Shown in pieces: positions 1 to 11,199 of a stretch of DNA of 64,000 nt. Position numbers and translations under genes: made by a program. The stretch spans positions 19,991,542 to 20,055,541 of the forward strand of contig JARFYF010000061.1 in NCBI GenBank assembly GCA_030265395.1, in the 5' to 3' direction. Origin of the DNA: Rhina ancylostomus (taxonomy: Eukaryota). The notes below the pieces were generated by a model. That model saw nothing but the letters and a program-made list of their open reading frames with translations, was not told where the DNA came from and did no database searches. Each line of letters opens with the position of its first letter. Position 1 is the first letter of the stretch.

Positions 1-204
1 CGTTGACTAGCATTTCGACAATAACCTTGACAAGCTATGGCCTGTCCTACAGCCTATGAGCCTCAAGTGAGAAAGGAAAACCCCCGCCCCAAAACGTCTG
101 CAAGAAGTACTTTGCAAGGTTGAATGGGCTGGGAGTGGCTGCTCAGATTCAGTGCATCGACTGATGCCTGATTGTCAGTACAATTTTATTCTTGTTTCAC
201 CACA

Positions 205-1020
205 ACATAGAATATAGTAATAAAAGAAACAGAAGCAGGAGGTTTATTCAGCCCCATGTGCCTGCTTCACCTCTGTGACACTTTCCTTCATTAAACCCAT
301 ATCTCTTGATTCCCTTAATATCTAAAAATCTATCGATCTCTGTCTTAAATATACTCAACAACTGAACCTCCTCTTGTGTAGACAATTCCAAAGATTCACT
401 ACACTCTGGATGAAGAACTTTCTTCTCATTTCCATCCCGAATGGCCAACCTTTGATGTCGAGACCGGGACTCCTGGTTTTACATGCCCCAAACCAGGGGA
501 AACGTCGTCCCAACTTTAACCCTTTCAAGCTCCTTCAGAAGATCCTAATGAGATGATGTCTCCCTTTCCTAATCTCCAGAGAGTACAGGCATAGTCGATG
601 TCATCTCTCCTCATATGACAAACCTGCTATTTTGGGAATCAATCTGAAGAAACTTTGCTGCTGTCCTTTATCACAAATACATCCTTCCCTAGGTCAGGAG
701 AGCAGACCTATACACAATGTCCCCAATGTACTCTCACCAGGGTTCTATATAATTGGAACAAAATGTCTCTTCTCTTGGACTCTAATTTTCTTGCCATAAA
801 GGCCAACATACTATTTTCCTTCCTAATTGCTTGCTAACTTTCAGTTAACCCCTAATCTGAACCTCTAATTTTGCTTAATAATCTCTTAATAGAGTTCCGA
901 AAATCCAAATACATACATTGTCTTTTCCTATTCTGTGAGCTACAAACAGATTTGTCAAACATGATTTCCTTTTCATAAGTCTGTGTTGACTCTGCCCAAT
1001 CTTGTTACTGTTTTGCAAGT
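205..1020 (-). mobile_element. CR1-clade LINE 3' fragment(s), degenerate
   Basis: Minus strand reads as the CR1 ORF2 C-terminus (IFKTEIDRFLDIKGIKRYG) with a typical ttctatgtt-like tail. Confidence 0.8.
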
Positions 1021-1024
1021 GCCT

Positions 1025-1345
1025 TGCTTGCTTGGCATTTCGGGGTGGACTACAAGGAATTAGTCACATTGGTGAGTCTTGGGTCACACACCAGACTGGG
1101 TTAGGATGCAGATTTCTTCTCCTGAAGGACGTTAGTAAACCAAATAGTTCTTTTTAATGAAAATCCAGAAGTTTGATGGTTGCCATTACCGAGGTTTGCT
1201 TTTCATTCGTGATTATTTAATTAACTGAATGCAAATTCCTCAGATATGAACTTGTATCTCTGGATTATTAGGTTAGACCTCAAGATAACTAGTTTGGTAA
1301 CTAGTTCAGTAATTAGTCAGATAACTAGTTCATTGCACCACTGTT
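1025..1345 (-). mobile_element. Fragment of the repeat that forms the 5' region of the LINE at 11200-13490; another copy at about 60025-60310
   Basis: Shared motif aaacccatctggttcactaatgtc(c)tt(c)ag..gaagg/gaagc at 1100-1160(-), 11300-11345(+) and 60110-60155(-). Confidence 0.6.
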
Positions 1346-1522
1346 CCCAAGTAGGCACTGATAGCTTCAGAGAACAGTTATATTTCAAAGTGGACTCTTT
1401 TGCATTGGTGTCATCAAGCAAACTAATAGTAAACAGACCGTTCCATATCTCTCCAGCTACTAACCGTTTCAAACCATCACGTGGTCAACATTACCCCAGC
1501 ATACAATTGTCCATACATTGTT

Positions 1523-1865
1523 AATTGGTAATTGGATGATTATTGTTTCATGTCCTGAGGTACAGTGAAAAGCTTTGTTTGCATACCATCCAGACAGATC
1601 ATTCCATACTGATGTGCTACAAAAGGAAAAACAATAACAGAATGCAAAATATAGTGTTACAGTTGCAGAGAAAGTGCAGTGCAGGTAGACAAGTAGCCCT
1701 AGGGCCATGCAAGGTGTTTTGAGAGATCAACAGTTCATCTTTATTGATTAAGAAATCTGTTCAAGAGTCTTGTAACAATGGGATAGAAGCTGTCCTTGAG
1801 CCTGGTGCTGCGTGTGCTCAAGCCTTTGTATCTTCTGCCTGGTGGAAGGGGGGAGAAAAGAGAAT
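1523..1865 (-). mobile_element. Rex1/Babar-like LINE 3' end
   Basis: Tail motif ttttcactgtacctc.g.acatg..acaataat shared with 12720-12778(+) and 31817-31950(-); family assignment from recall. Confidence 0.65.
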
Positions 1866-2064
1866 GCTTACTCTATACCACCAGAAATACCAGGGTGAGA
1901 ATAAATGGAAGCCAAAGTACCACCAGTGGGAGCTTTGGCCAGCTTCTGAATCTAGCTGGGGGATGGATGAATAGCTTCCATGGAAAGTAGTTGAAGCCTG
2001 TAGTTGAAACATCAAGAGAGCTGAAAGTAGTGATGTTGAGAAATCTGATTAATTGTCCAGATCC

Positions 2065-2485
2065 AGAATCGTGCTTATAATGATACAGAAGGAAACCATT
2101 TGGCTCATCAGGTCTATGTCAGTTAGTTGTGCCAGGGAAGCAACCCCACCAGTCACATCTGCCTCTCTTTATTTCACTGTATCTCTGCAACTTATTCGCT
2201 CACTCACACACCCATCAACTCCCCTTTGATTATTTGTTGCCATTAAAGTAGTTTGGGTTAACCTCAGGACTACCCAAACTACTTTACGCTAAGGGATACT
2301 TTATGGTAAGTAATTAACCAACCAGCACGTCTTTGGCATATGGAAGGAAACCAGAATACCCAGAGGAACCCATGTGATCACAGGGAGACTGCGCAAGCTT
2401 CACACAGACAGTATCAAAGGTTGGGATAGGACCCAGGTCTCTGGTGCTGTGAGGCAGCAGTTCTACTGTGCCACTGTGATGCCCT
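2065..2485 (-). mobile_element. tRNA-derived SINE (HE1/V-SINE-like), diverged
   Basis: Minus strand ggcacagtagaactgctgcctcacagcaccagagacctgggtcc..., followed by gtgggttcctctgggtattctggtttccttcc core. Confidence 0.75.
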
Positions 2486-2839
2486 CTTCGAGAAGAAATG
2501 CAAGGGGTACAGTTAGAGATTCAGTACCTTTTCAGACCAACTTCAATTGCATGATCAGAAGCCACTTTAATATTGGGACAGCTCTTCCCAATAATTGGAC
2601 AAAGGGATCTGGAAACATTATGCAAAAACTTTCCTTGCTCCAGATACATTTCTGGTCAGATAACCCCAGCTACTTTACAGTGAAGGAACATAAACTGAGA
2701 ATGCTGGGAACACTCTGCGATATCTGTGGAAAGAGAAACAGAGTTAACCTTTCGGGTTGAAGATCTTTTGCCTCCATTGGTGAATGTTTCCAGCATTTTC
2801 TGTTTTCTTTTCTAGATTTCCAGCAGTGTTTTTGATTTC

Positions 2840-3185
2840 CATTTACAGCCAAAGAAATATTGTTGCAGTGTGTAGGAGATACAGTGGCCTATTTGCACAC
2901 ACCAGGCTCCCGCAATTAGCAGTAAGAGCACAACCAATCTGCATCAGTGAAGTTTACTGAGGATGGAAACAGGCCAGGTCATCATCGCAAACTCACCTGT
3001 TCATCTTCAAAATAGAGCCTTAAACCTTGATTGAACAACATTCGCAAAGCTCCTCTGACAATGCCGCAGTCCCTCAGCACTCCACTGACTGTCAGCATAG
3101 ATTATGTAATTGAAAATCTGGAGTAGATCTTGAATTCATAACCTTCTGACAACAGCAGCATGCTCCCATGGAGTCACACATGACA
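2840..3185 (-). mobile_element. Deu-domain SINE (SacSINE1/AmnSINE1-like)
   Basis: Minus strand cagaaggttatgaattcaag..ataatctatgctgacagtcagtggagtgctgagggactgcggcattgtcagagg matches the DeuSINE core; homologous to 14270-14632. Confidence 0.75.
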
Positions 3186-3947
3186 ATTCAAAAGAGTAAA
3201 TCTCACAAGATAATTCTGTGCAGGTTGAATCTCAGAGTCCATACTGAATTTTTCTTTTATTATTAACTAAACCAGCAAAGCCAGAATGGAAGCTCCGTCT
3301 CTTTCAAGAATGAGGGATTGGGTTGTGACAATTGATTTTACCCGTCTGTCCACCCAAAGCAATCCAGCTGTGTGGCTTTTGATCCTGTGTGCAACTCACG
3401 TGATACAAGTGCAGGGGGAAGGGGCTAGGGGAACAATCTGGCAAGTCTTTGCTGCTCTCGTCTTTATATCACATCCCACACAGACTTCTGCCCAGTCCCT
3501 CATTTGCGAGAACCCACAAAAAGCAAAAGGTCTGATTAATTTAGACTGGAGGGGCATTGGAGTGCCCAGCAATAGCAGAGTTCTAATCAGTCACGGAATG
3601 TGAAATTTTTAACCTTTTATTGAGCTGCCTCACATTACTGAAAGGGGGGGAGACTGTCTGACTGACTCCTAGATCGGGAGATGATTAATTTCACTCTTAA
3701 AAAGAGGACATTTAATGTTATCATATATGATAAATGGAGATCAAAAAGTCTCTTGTGTCTCTGGCCACTGGAAGCAGCATCAAGAATAAACTAGAGACAC
3801 AAGAGATCGCAGATGCTGGAACCTGGAGCAATAAAAAATTGCTGGACNNNNNNNNNNNNNNNNNNNNNNNNNNNNNNNNNNNNNNNNNNNNNNNNNNNNN
3901 NNNNNNNNNNNNNNNNNNNNNNNNNNNNNNNNNNNNNNNNNNNNNNN

Positions 3948-4067
3948 ACCCGGAGGAAACCCACGCAGACACGGGGAGAACATACAAACTCCTTACAGAC
4001 AGCGGCCGGAATTGAACCCGGTTCACTGGTGCTGTAAAGCGTCATGCTAACCGCTACATTACCGTGC
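3948..4067 (-). mobile_element. Young HE1-type tRNA SINE, 5' part
   Basis: ggcacggtaatgtagcggttagc (A box) ... gggttcaattccg (B box) ... ctgtaaggagtttgtatgttctccccgtgtctgcgtgggtttcctccgg. Confidence 0.85.
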
Positions 4068-6569
4068 CTGGATAGAAAAAGTTTAGAGGGATATGAGCCA
4101 AAAATGGGCAAATGGGACTAGCTCAGATGGGGATCTTGGTCAACATGGAAGAAAGCCCTGTTTTCATTCTGTATCACTCTATGACTCTAAGGGTCTCTGG
4201 TCTACTGCCCATTTCCCTCTACAGATGCTGCCTGACCTGCTGAGTTCCTCCAGCAGTTTGTTGTTTGCTCAAGATTGAACGCAATATGTTTCCAGAAGAT
4301 AAGGAAGAGCAAATAAAAAAGGTAGCAGCTGTCTTACTTCATCCCTAAAACATTTGAATACGGCAGAGATCTGTGAAAGGCTCTGTCTGACTCCCGAAGG
4401 AATACCTAATTCTGGTGGGGAGAGACTAGGCTGAAATTTAGAAGTAGAACTAAAATATATTTTAATTATTGTTGATAAAGAACATTTTCTAACTTCAGAG
4501 ACAGTTTTGGAGGACTGATTTCCCAGAACAGCTCTGCTCCACTGCTTACCCACCCAGGGGAATGAAGATCTCCTTCAACATAAGCACTTCCCTCACTGCT
4601 TTACTGAAAAAAATCATTCAAACTTGCAAAATATTTTTCAAAACGATCTTGACACCTGCTCAAGATCACATCACAGGTGGCTGCAAGTTTTCACCTTATT
4701 TGTCATGTTTACGATTTTGGAACAAGGGCTGGAGGTGGGGGGGGGGGGTTGCGTGAGGAAAGAGAGACGAGAGAGAATGGACAGCAGGTGGAGAAGGGAA
4801 GGAGAAAGTGAGAGAAAAGTAGAACATGGGAAGATGGAGCAAGGGAAGGAGAGAGGGGAAGAAAGAGAGATGGAGACAAGGTAGAGGGGAAGGGGAAGAA
4901 ATGAAGGAAGGGAAGACGAGAATCTGGGGAGAGTCAGGGGAGTGTGGAATGGAAAAAATGATTTAAGGGTTCGGAGGGAGATTTAGAGAGGGTGACTGGA
5001 GGATGAAAAGGAGAGGTGGATGGAAATAGCCATGGAGTAACGTATAATGAAACACACTTGAGCACCAAGGTACAACTTTTCACATTGCATCGTCTATATT
5101 GTTAAATGGGGATCGATATTGACCGGATGTGGTGTGGTTATTGGACACTATGATGTATTGAACCCTGCATTGTTGCAATGTCGCAGTCATAAACTGTTCA
5201 CATCACTGACAAAAATGAGTGAAAATACAGCTTGGATAACCTGTCAGTATAGGTGATCTAAGGAACCACCACGTCATTAGCACACACTTGTGAGAGACAA
5301 GACCAGAGACAGGACTAAATGATACCAGTTACACTCTTCTTAAAACAATCGCTTTGATGCCAAATACCTATTTTTGTGTATAAAAATCTATAATCCATCA
5401 AATATGTTCTGTTTTTGGTTAACTTAAGCACAATTAAATAACACAGTTGTGTGAAAACTGAGATCAAGGGGAGGATTCAAGTGGTTAATGGCAGATAGAA
5501 AATGTTCCAATTGTAATGGGGAGATTTTATCTCAGGGTCTAAAACCCTTGGTATTTACATGATCATTAGATCATTATCAATCCCCAGTTAACAATACAGA
5601 CCTTGCAACGGCAGGCATAGTAGAAATGCCTGTGTGTTTGGAGAAGGAGCAATTAGTGAAGAGCTGGGTGGATTGTGCCTATACTTCATTAACCCTGAAG
5701 CTAAAAGTGACAAGAGTTCACTCAAACATCATCACTTAGTCTCCCACTAAGATGCTACAGGTCGCTGGAAAATTGCCACTTTAGACCATGCTGTGTCCAT
5801 AAAATGCAGGAGCAACCACTGAGTTATTAATGAAGGGAAGTCATCGTTGCTGTGCAGGCAGGTGTGATACTTCTTTCTGTATAGCAAGATGCCACAAGTT
5901 GGACACGAGATAAATTAGCTCCTTATCAAGCTGCAAATAACCCAATCTCCCTTGCGGATGTTTTACGTCGTACATTTTCCCCAGATACTGTTCTCCTCCC
6001 TCTTAAAACTCCTTATTCTAAAAAAAAGACAATGTATTAGCTTCTGCCTACTTCTGAAGGTTGGCAAAGTCTGTGATCCACTTCCATAGTGTTTCTGTCT
6101 CTTCTGCTCCCCTGGAACAGCCCTAATTAAAGCTACAAACGTTTCACTGCACCTGTGACCACGATGCACCCACCTGACCCACTGAACTTCTCTGCAGTCC
6201 CGGATACAGGGAAGAATCTGTGTCCAGAATACAGGCTCTGGAGTTGGAATATAACCGGGATCTGCAAAAGGTTCAGGCTGAGTCCTGAAGATATATCTTA
6301 TTCAGGGGGCAGAAATGTAAATGTTATATATATTTTAATGACTTTTGATGAATGACATAATCCAACACAAGAGACAGTGATGGACAACTCATTCCCCAGA
6401 ACAGCGCTGCTGTACTGTTTCCACCCAGGGGAATGAAGACCTTCTTCAGTGTAACCAGTCTGTCTCAATGCAAATGGATGCAGTGTACATGGGTGGGAGT
6501 GCCCATTATATGTTAAGTCTATGCATCGTACCCCAGTCTCCAATCATCATTGGCTTCCTGCATTAAGCC

Positions 6570-7350
6570 AAGACTTCGCTCCGTCAAGTGATGCTGGTGG
6601 TTAACGTACAATGACTTTTATCAACCACACAAAAGCCTTTCTCTTGGAGATATCAGACTCCATCAACTGAGAGGGGTTGTGGAGAATCCTTCTCAAATTT
6701 GGCTCTGCATTCAGCATTTTCTACATGATGATATCCAAGCCATGAAGCAATTAGCTTCATTACAGACCTAATACCAGTACAGACTGTGGTCCAGAGAGCT
6801 TGACCCAACACTCTTCCCAATCTTCTCCTACAGGATAAATAGGAAGCTTTTCAACCTTCAGTGCCGCCACTCCAGACCTAAGATCATCAGATTACTCCAC
6901 GCTCATGACATAAATGTGCGCGCACACAAGGAGCTGAGCTTTTAAGTCATCATTGACTCCTCCCATGAAGCGAACACGAGGATGAGCCTTCATTAGACAT
7001 CCAGAAGACAAAAGTCGTCTATCAAACTGCCCTGCTGCACATACCACACTCTGACAATTGGTATCCATGACAAGACTCTGGAAAACACAGGTAACATTTC
7101 CTATCTTAGGACATTGACAATGAAAGTCACATCAGTATCAATATGCCAGCTCACCCATTGTTCAAATGCCAAGATGTCAAACCCAGCACCAGCGACCTTG
7201 CCCTCCCACGTGCTTTGAACAACTTCACAGCATCAGGGAGATACCACTAATGTTGTCTCTGCAAAGTCCTCCAAATTCATTGGTAGTTTAGGCAGGTCAA
7301 TGGCAATGCCTTCTCCCGGGTCGCCATTCATGCCATCGAGGCTCTGATCC
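6570..7350 (+). mobile_element. RTE-clade LINE remnant (degenerate reverse transcriptase)
   Basis: Broken translation resembling DIQKTKVVYQ..IHDKTLEN..FPYLG of RTE RT; many stops and frameshifts. Confidence 0.65.
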
Positions 7351-7597
7351 ACTCCTCCTGCTCTAGTGGACAGGCCATGTTGTCATCAAGTCATACGGCA
7401 TGGTAACAGGCCGGTTGGCCCACTGTGTCCACACTGACCAGTGAGCACCCATCCACATTAATCCCGTCTTTCTGTACTTCAGCCCCACCTGACACCAGGT
7501 TCTCATCACAAACCTTCCGCTCCGAGCCAGGTTCAGAAACAGGAAGACAGAAGAACTTTTCAAGGCAGTTATCAAAGTCTCCTTGAATAAGGAGGTC

Positions 7598-8555
7598 TCC
7601 CGGTGTGGCCTCTCCTGCATCGGTGAGACCCGCTTCGTCAAGGACCTTCACTCCATCCACTGCTAAAGCAAGGATCTCCCGGTGGCCAGCCACCTCAATT
7701 CCACATCCCACTCCCATACTGACACGTCTAACCACGGCCTCCTCTGCTGCCACGTTGAGGCCAGACGCGGGTCGGAGGAACAACACCTCATATTCCAATT
7801 TGGGAGTCTCCAACCTGATGGGCTCATCATCAATTTCTCGAACTTCCAGTAACCCCTCCCCCTCTTCTCCCCCACTTTTTTTCCCTCCTTCNNNNNNNNN
7901 NNNNNNNNNNNNNNNNNNNNNNNNNNNNNNNNNNNNNNNNNNNNNNNNNNNNNNNNNNNNNNNNNNNNNNNNNNNNNNNNNNNNNNNNNNNNNNNNNNNN
8001 NNNNNNNNNNNNNNNNNNNNNNNNNNNNNNNNNNNNNNNNNNNNNNNNNNNNNNNNNNNNNNNNNNNNNNNNNNNNNNNNNNNNNNNNNNNNNNNNNNNN
8101 NNNNNNNNNNNNNNNNNNNNNNNNNNNNNNNNNNNNNNNNNNNNNNNNNNNNNNNNNNNNNNNNNNNNNNNNNNNNNNNNNNNNNNNNNNNNNNNNNNNN
8201 NNNNNNNNNNNNNNNNNNNNNNNNNNNNNNNNNNNNNNNNNNNNNNTATTCCCCATGTCCTTCCCTTTATTCCATGGTCCACTGCCCTCTCCTACCAGTT
8301 TCCTTCTTCATCAACCTATCACCTCTCAGCTTCTTACATCTCCTCCCTCCCCTACCCTCCTACCTTCCCTCTCTCACCTGGATTCACCTATCACCTACCA
8401 GCCTGTGCTCCTCCCCCTTCCCCCACCTTCTTATTCCGGCTTCTGCCCTGATGAAGGGTCTCGACCCGAAACGTCGACTGATTATTTCTCTCCATAGATG
8501 CTGCCTGACCTGCTGAGTTCCTCCAGCAGTTTTGTGTGTGTTGCTCCAGAAATCT
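7598..8555 (+). mobile_element. Penelope-like element 3' fragment: GIY-YIG endonuclease C-terminus (stop 7850-7852), gap, pyrimidine-rich tail and hammerhead-bearing terminus
   Basis: Translation IGET..DLPVASHLNSTSHSHTD..GLLCCH.EARR.SEEQHLIFQFGSLQPDGLIINFSNFQ*; terminal CTGATGAAGGGTCTCGACCCGAAACGTC and gatgctgcctgacctgctgagttcctccagc. Confidence 0.85.
8443..8480 (+). ncRNA. Minimal type I hammerhead ribozyme-like motif within the Penelope terminus
   Basis: CUGAUGA (8448-8454), A, stem GGGUC-UC-GACCC, GAAA, CGUC (putative cleavage after 8475), GACUG. Stem I is only partly paired in this copy. Confidence 0.65.
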
Positions 8556-8734
8556 CTCGTTGCACCCAAATTTTCAGTGTGTTTGGACAGGAAATGTACC
8601 TTCCATCTGAGGCTCAAATTCATCTTAAACTAGAGCTTTGGGAATGCAAGTTCAGGGTGCAATGCCTGATTTGGGCTCCTTCCATGGCACTGTGCTTGCC
8701 GGAGGAAGTTAAGTGTTTGCTGGGTGCCTGTTGA

Positions 8735-8960
8735 GACTTACAACATTGTTAAAGGCTTGTGAGGCCAGATGCAGGGAGGATGTTTCCCCTGACCAAGGAG
8801 TCCAGGAAAAGGGGACACAGTCTGAGAATAGGGGGTGAAAAATTTAGAACCAAGGTGAGAAAAACTGTCTTCATTCAGAATCTTTGGAATTCTCTATCCC
8901 AGAGTGCTGGAGAAGCTCAGTCATTATGTTTGTTCAAAACAGAGGTTTATTGAGTGATAG
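8735..8960 (+). mobile_element. CR1 LINE 3' fragment
   Basis: ORF 8759-8953 RMFPLTKESRKRGHSLRIGG..FRTKVRK..NLWNSL is the typical CR1 ORF2 end. Confidence 0.8.
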
Positions 8961-9311
8961 GGTGATAGTGTTGGACAATGGTGATGAGGTAGAAGATCTT
9001 GATGTATGTCCGAGCAGGCTTGCATTTCGGGAAATACAATCTAAGGGTCACTCTTTAGGAGGACTACGGCAGCCTCCACGGAAAAGACAAGTGCAGCCTC
9101 AGACTCCAGGTGGTTGCCAACTCACTACCCAAAGGTGAGTGGTGGAATCTGGGTGGAATTAACAGGAATATGTGGGGAATAGGTCACAGGGGAATGAATG
9201 GAATCAATGGGCCAAGGTGGTGAGGATGTTGTAAGGAAATATGGCATTGCCAGCGAGGCTACCTCTGTGAAATGCCCTCCTGACTTCTCTCTCTTCTTTT
9301 AAAATTTTATT

Positions 9312-9580
9312 TACAGCGTGGTAACAGGCCCTTCCGGCCCAACGAGTCCACGCCACCCATTTTTAAACCCCAAATTAACCTACCNNNNNNNNNNNNNNNN
9401 NNNNNNNNNNNNNNNNNNNNNNNNNNNNNNNNNNNNNNNNNNNNNNNNNNNNNNNNNNNNNNNNNNNNNNNNNNNNNNNNNNNNGAACGTACAAACTCCT
9501 TACAGGCGGCGGTGGGAATCGAACTTGGGTCACTGGCGCTCTAATAATGTTGTGCTAACCACTATGCTACCGTGCCGCCC
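9312..9580 (-). mobile_element. Young HE1-type tRNA SINE (internal gap)
   Basis: gggcggcacggtagcatagtggttagc (A box), aagttcgattccc (B box), 3' ttgggccggaagggcctgttacc tail. Confidence 0.88.
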
Positions 9581-9801
9581 ATCCCAGTTCTGTTTCATTC
9601 ATTATGGCTCCTGCTCATCTTTACTTTCCCTTTAGCATTCTTTGCTGATGAACTAATTGGAATATGACCAGCAAGTGATCACAGTTCATCAGTCTAATTG
9701 AGTAATGAGGCCCCTTGTTGGCTGTGTTTGCTTTGGCCAGTTTAGGTGCAGGGATCACTCCCTGCATACCATCAGTTGTTCCTGCACTGAGCCAAATATA
9801 T

Positions 9802-9816
9802 CCACCAGATGGCAGC
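9802..9816 (+). promoter_or_regulatory. CTCF-binding-site-like motif CCACCAGATGGCAGC
   Basis: Full match to the CCASYAGRKGGCRS consensus, in non-repetitive sequence. Confidence 0.55.
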
Positions 9817-10168
9817 ATTGTACAGATTTTAGTTATTTATGGGACGATTTCTGCAAATTCTAGGGAAAAGAATATGCCTTTAATATGGATTTCTGCAGGC
9901 CAAAGCAATGCTACGTGCTGAAGGCACACATTGCACGCTAAGGCACAAATGAACTCTGCGAGTTTATTACATTTGAATTACAGTCACATTTTGCCTTTGA
10001 TTTGTTAATCGTTTCTTGCATTTGTTTTTAAAATTTTGAGAGTGATCGAAATTTGGTTCTGTATTTACATCAGAACTTGTTAATTAGAATCCTACTTCAC
10101 CATTATCCATCTAAACAAATTAAGTTTGGGGACGATGTAAATGACAGAAAATTAGTTTTTAATCAGAC

Positions 10169-10409
10169 TGTCACAGTGTTGATCCAAATGCGGCACACCA
10201 ATACACGACTGGAGTCAGGATACTTCCTCAGGACAAACACAGGCANNNNNNNNNNNNNNNNNNNNNNNNNNNNNNNNNNNNNNNNNNNNNNNNNNNNNNN
10301 NNNNNNNNNNNNNNNNNNNNNNNNNNNNNNNNNNNNNNNNNNNNNCCATGTGCTGGATAACAAGGCATTAATGGAGCCAAATTGAGGACCAGAACTCAGA
10401 ACCATGACA
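10169..10409. mobile_element. LTR-bounded element (probable solo LTR, Gypsy-type TGTCA...TGACA) with 5-bp TSD CAGAC
   Basis: cagac-TGTCA...TGACA-cagac; homologous to 43433-43684; internal N gap. Confidence 0.8.
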
Positions 10410-10419
10410 CAGACTAATA

Positions 10420-10560
10420 ATCTGTTCCAACAAAGGGTCTTGGACTTGAAACATTAACACTGTTTTTTGTTTCACAGTTGCTGCCTGACCTGCTCAGTGT
10501 TTACAGCATTTTCTATTTATATTTCAGATTTCCAGCATCTGCTGTTTTTGTTTTATTTTC
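10420..10560 (+). mobile_element. Penelope-derived short terminal element with degenerate hammerhead motif
   Basis: aagggtcttggacttgaaacattaac...gctgcctgacctgctcagtgtttacagcatttt...atttccagcatctgc. Confidence 0.7.
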
Positions 10561-11199
10561 ATGTAATGACTAAAGGAGCAGATACGTACCTAAGATTTAA
10601 ATATTAAGGGAATATGAATAGAAAATGCTGGATTGTTTACCAAGCAATTAATCCATTTTCTATCCCTATTTAACAAATTTCTTCTGTTGACTGAAAATGG
10701 TAGCGCGTAAACAAGGCTTTGTTGATATTCAAATCATGTTTCCGGCCATTGAAATAATTGTTAAATACTGGTTTCGATTTGTGTAATGCTGAGAAAATTG
10801 CCTTTGCAACTCTGTTCTATAACTCACTCTGAATAAATCACTGACACTGTAAAGAAATATTTTACAACCAGCAATTTGGAAAGTAATATGTACAGGAGTC
10901 CTTCTGAATGTTCTTTTTATAGAGAACTGTGTAGACTGCCAAGGGTTAAACTGGTGTAATGAACAATTAACATGTTGCACCTGCTCACGGTATCTAACTA
11001 TAACCTCTCCAAATTAGGATCTTTAAAGATATCTAACAAGTTCTTCTGGGGAGCTGAAAGATGCCATCGAGAGACAGATAGAGAAACAGACACATAACAG
11101 AAAGCAATCTCCAAAGCCTGTGTGGTTTCATTGGCTGCTACGTTTGGTGAGAAGAACAGAGCACAAGAAAGGTGCTATATAACTGTGAGGCACCATAGA

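Noticed and set aside
1-175. GC-richer segment resembling a retroelement 5' end (also 8995-9140)
   Set aside because: Could not assign a family or fold from sequence alone; truncated by the window edge.
4735-5030. Purine-rich tract giving a Glu/Arg-rich ORF (4624-4884); similar tract at 37440-37680
   Set aside because: Low-complexity GA-rich sequence, not coding.
7605-8516. 303-aa ORF and other long ORFs spanning N runs (42055-42740, 53453-54052, 3721-4111)
   Set aside because: Their length comes from translating Ns; the real parts are off-frame Penelope or SINE sequence. Only the minus-strand 54005-53914 segment is genuinely coding.
9500-9580. tRNA-like A/B boxes (also 4000-4067)
   Set aside because: SINE heads followed by SINE body; no complete cloverleaf.
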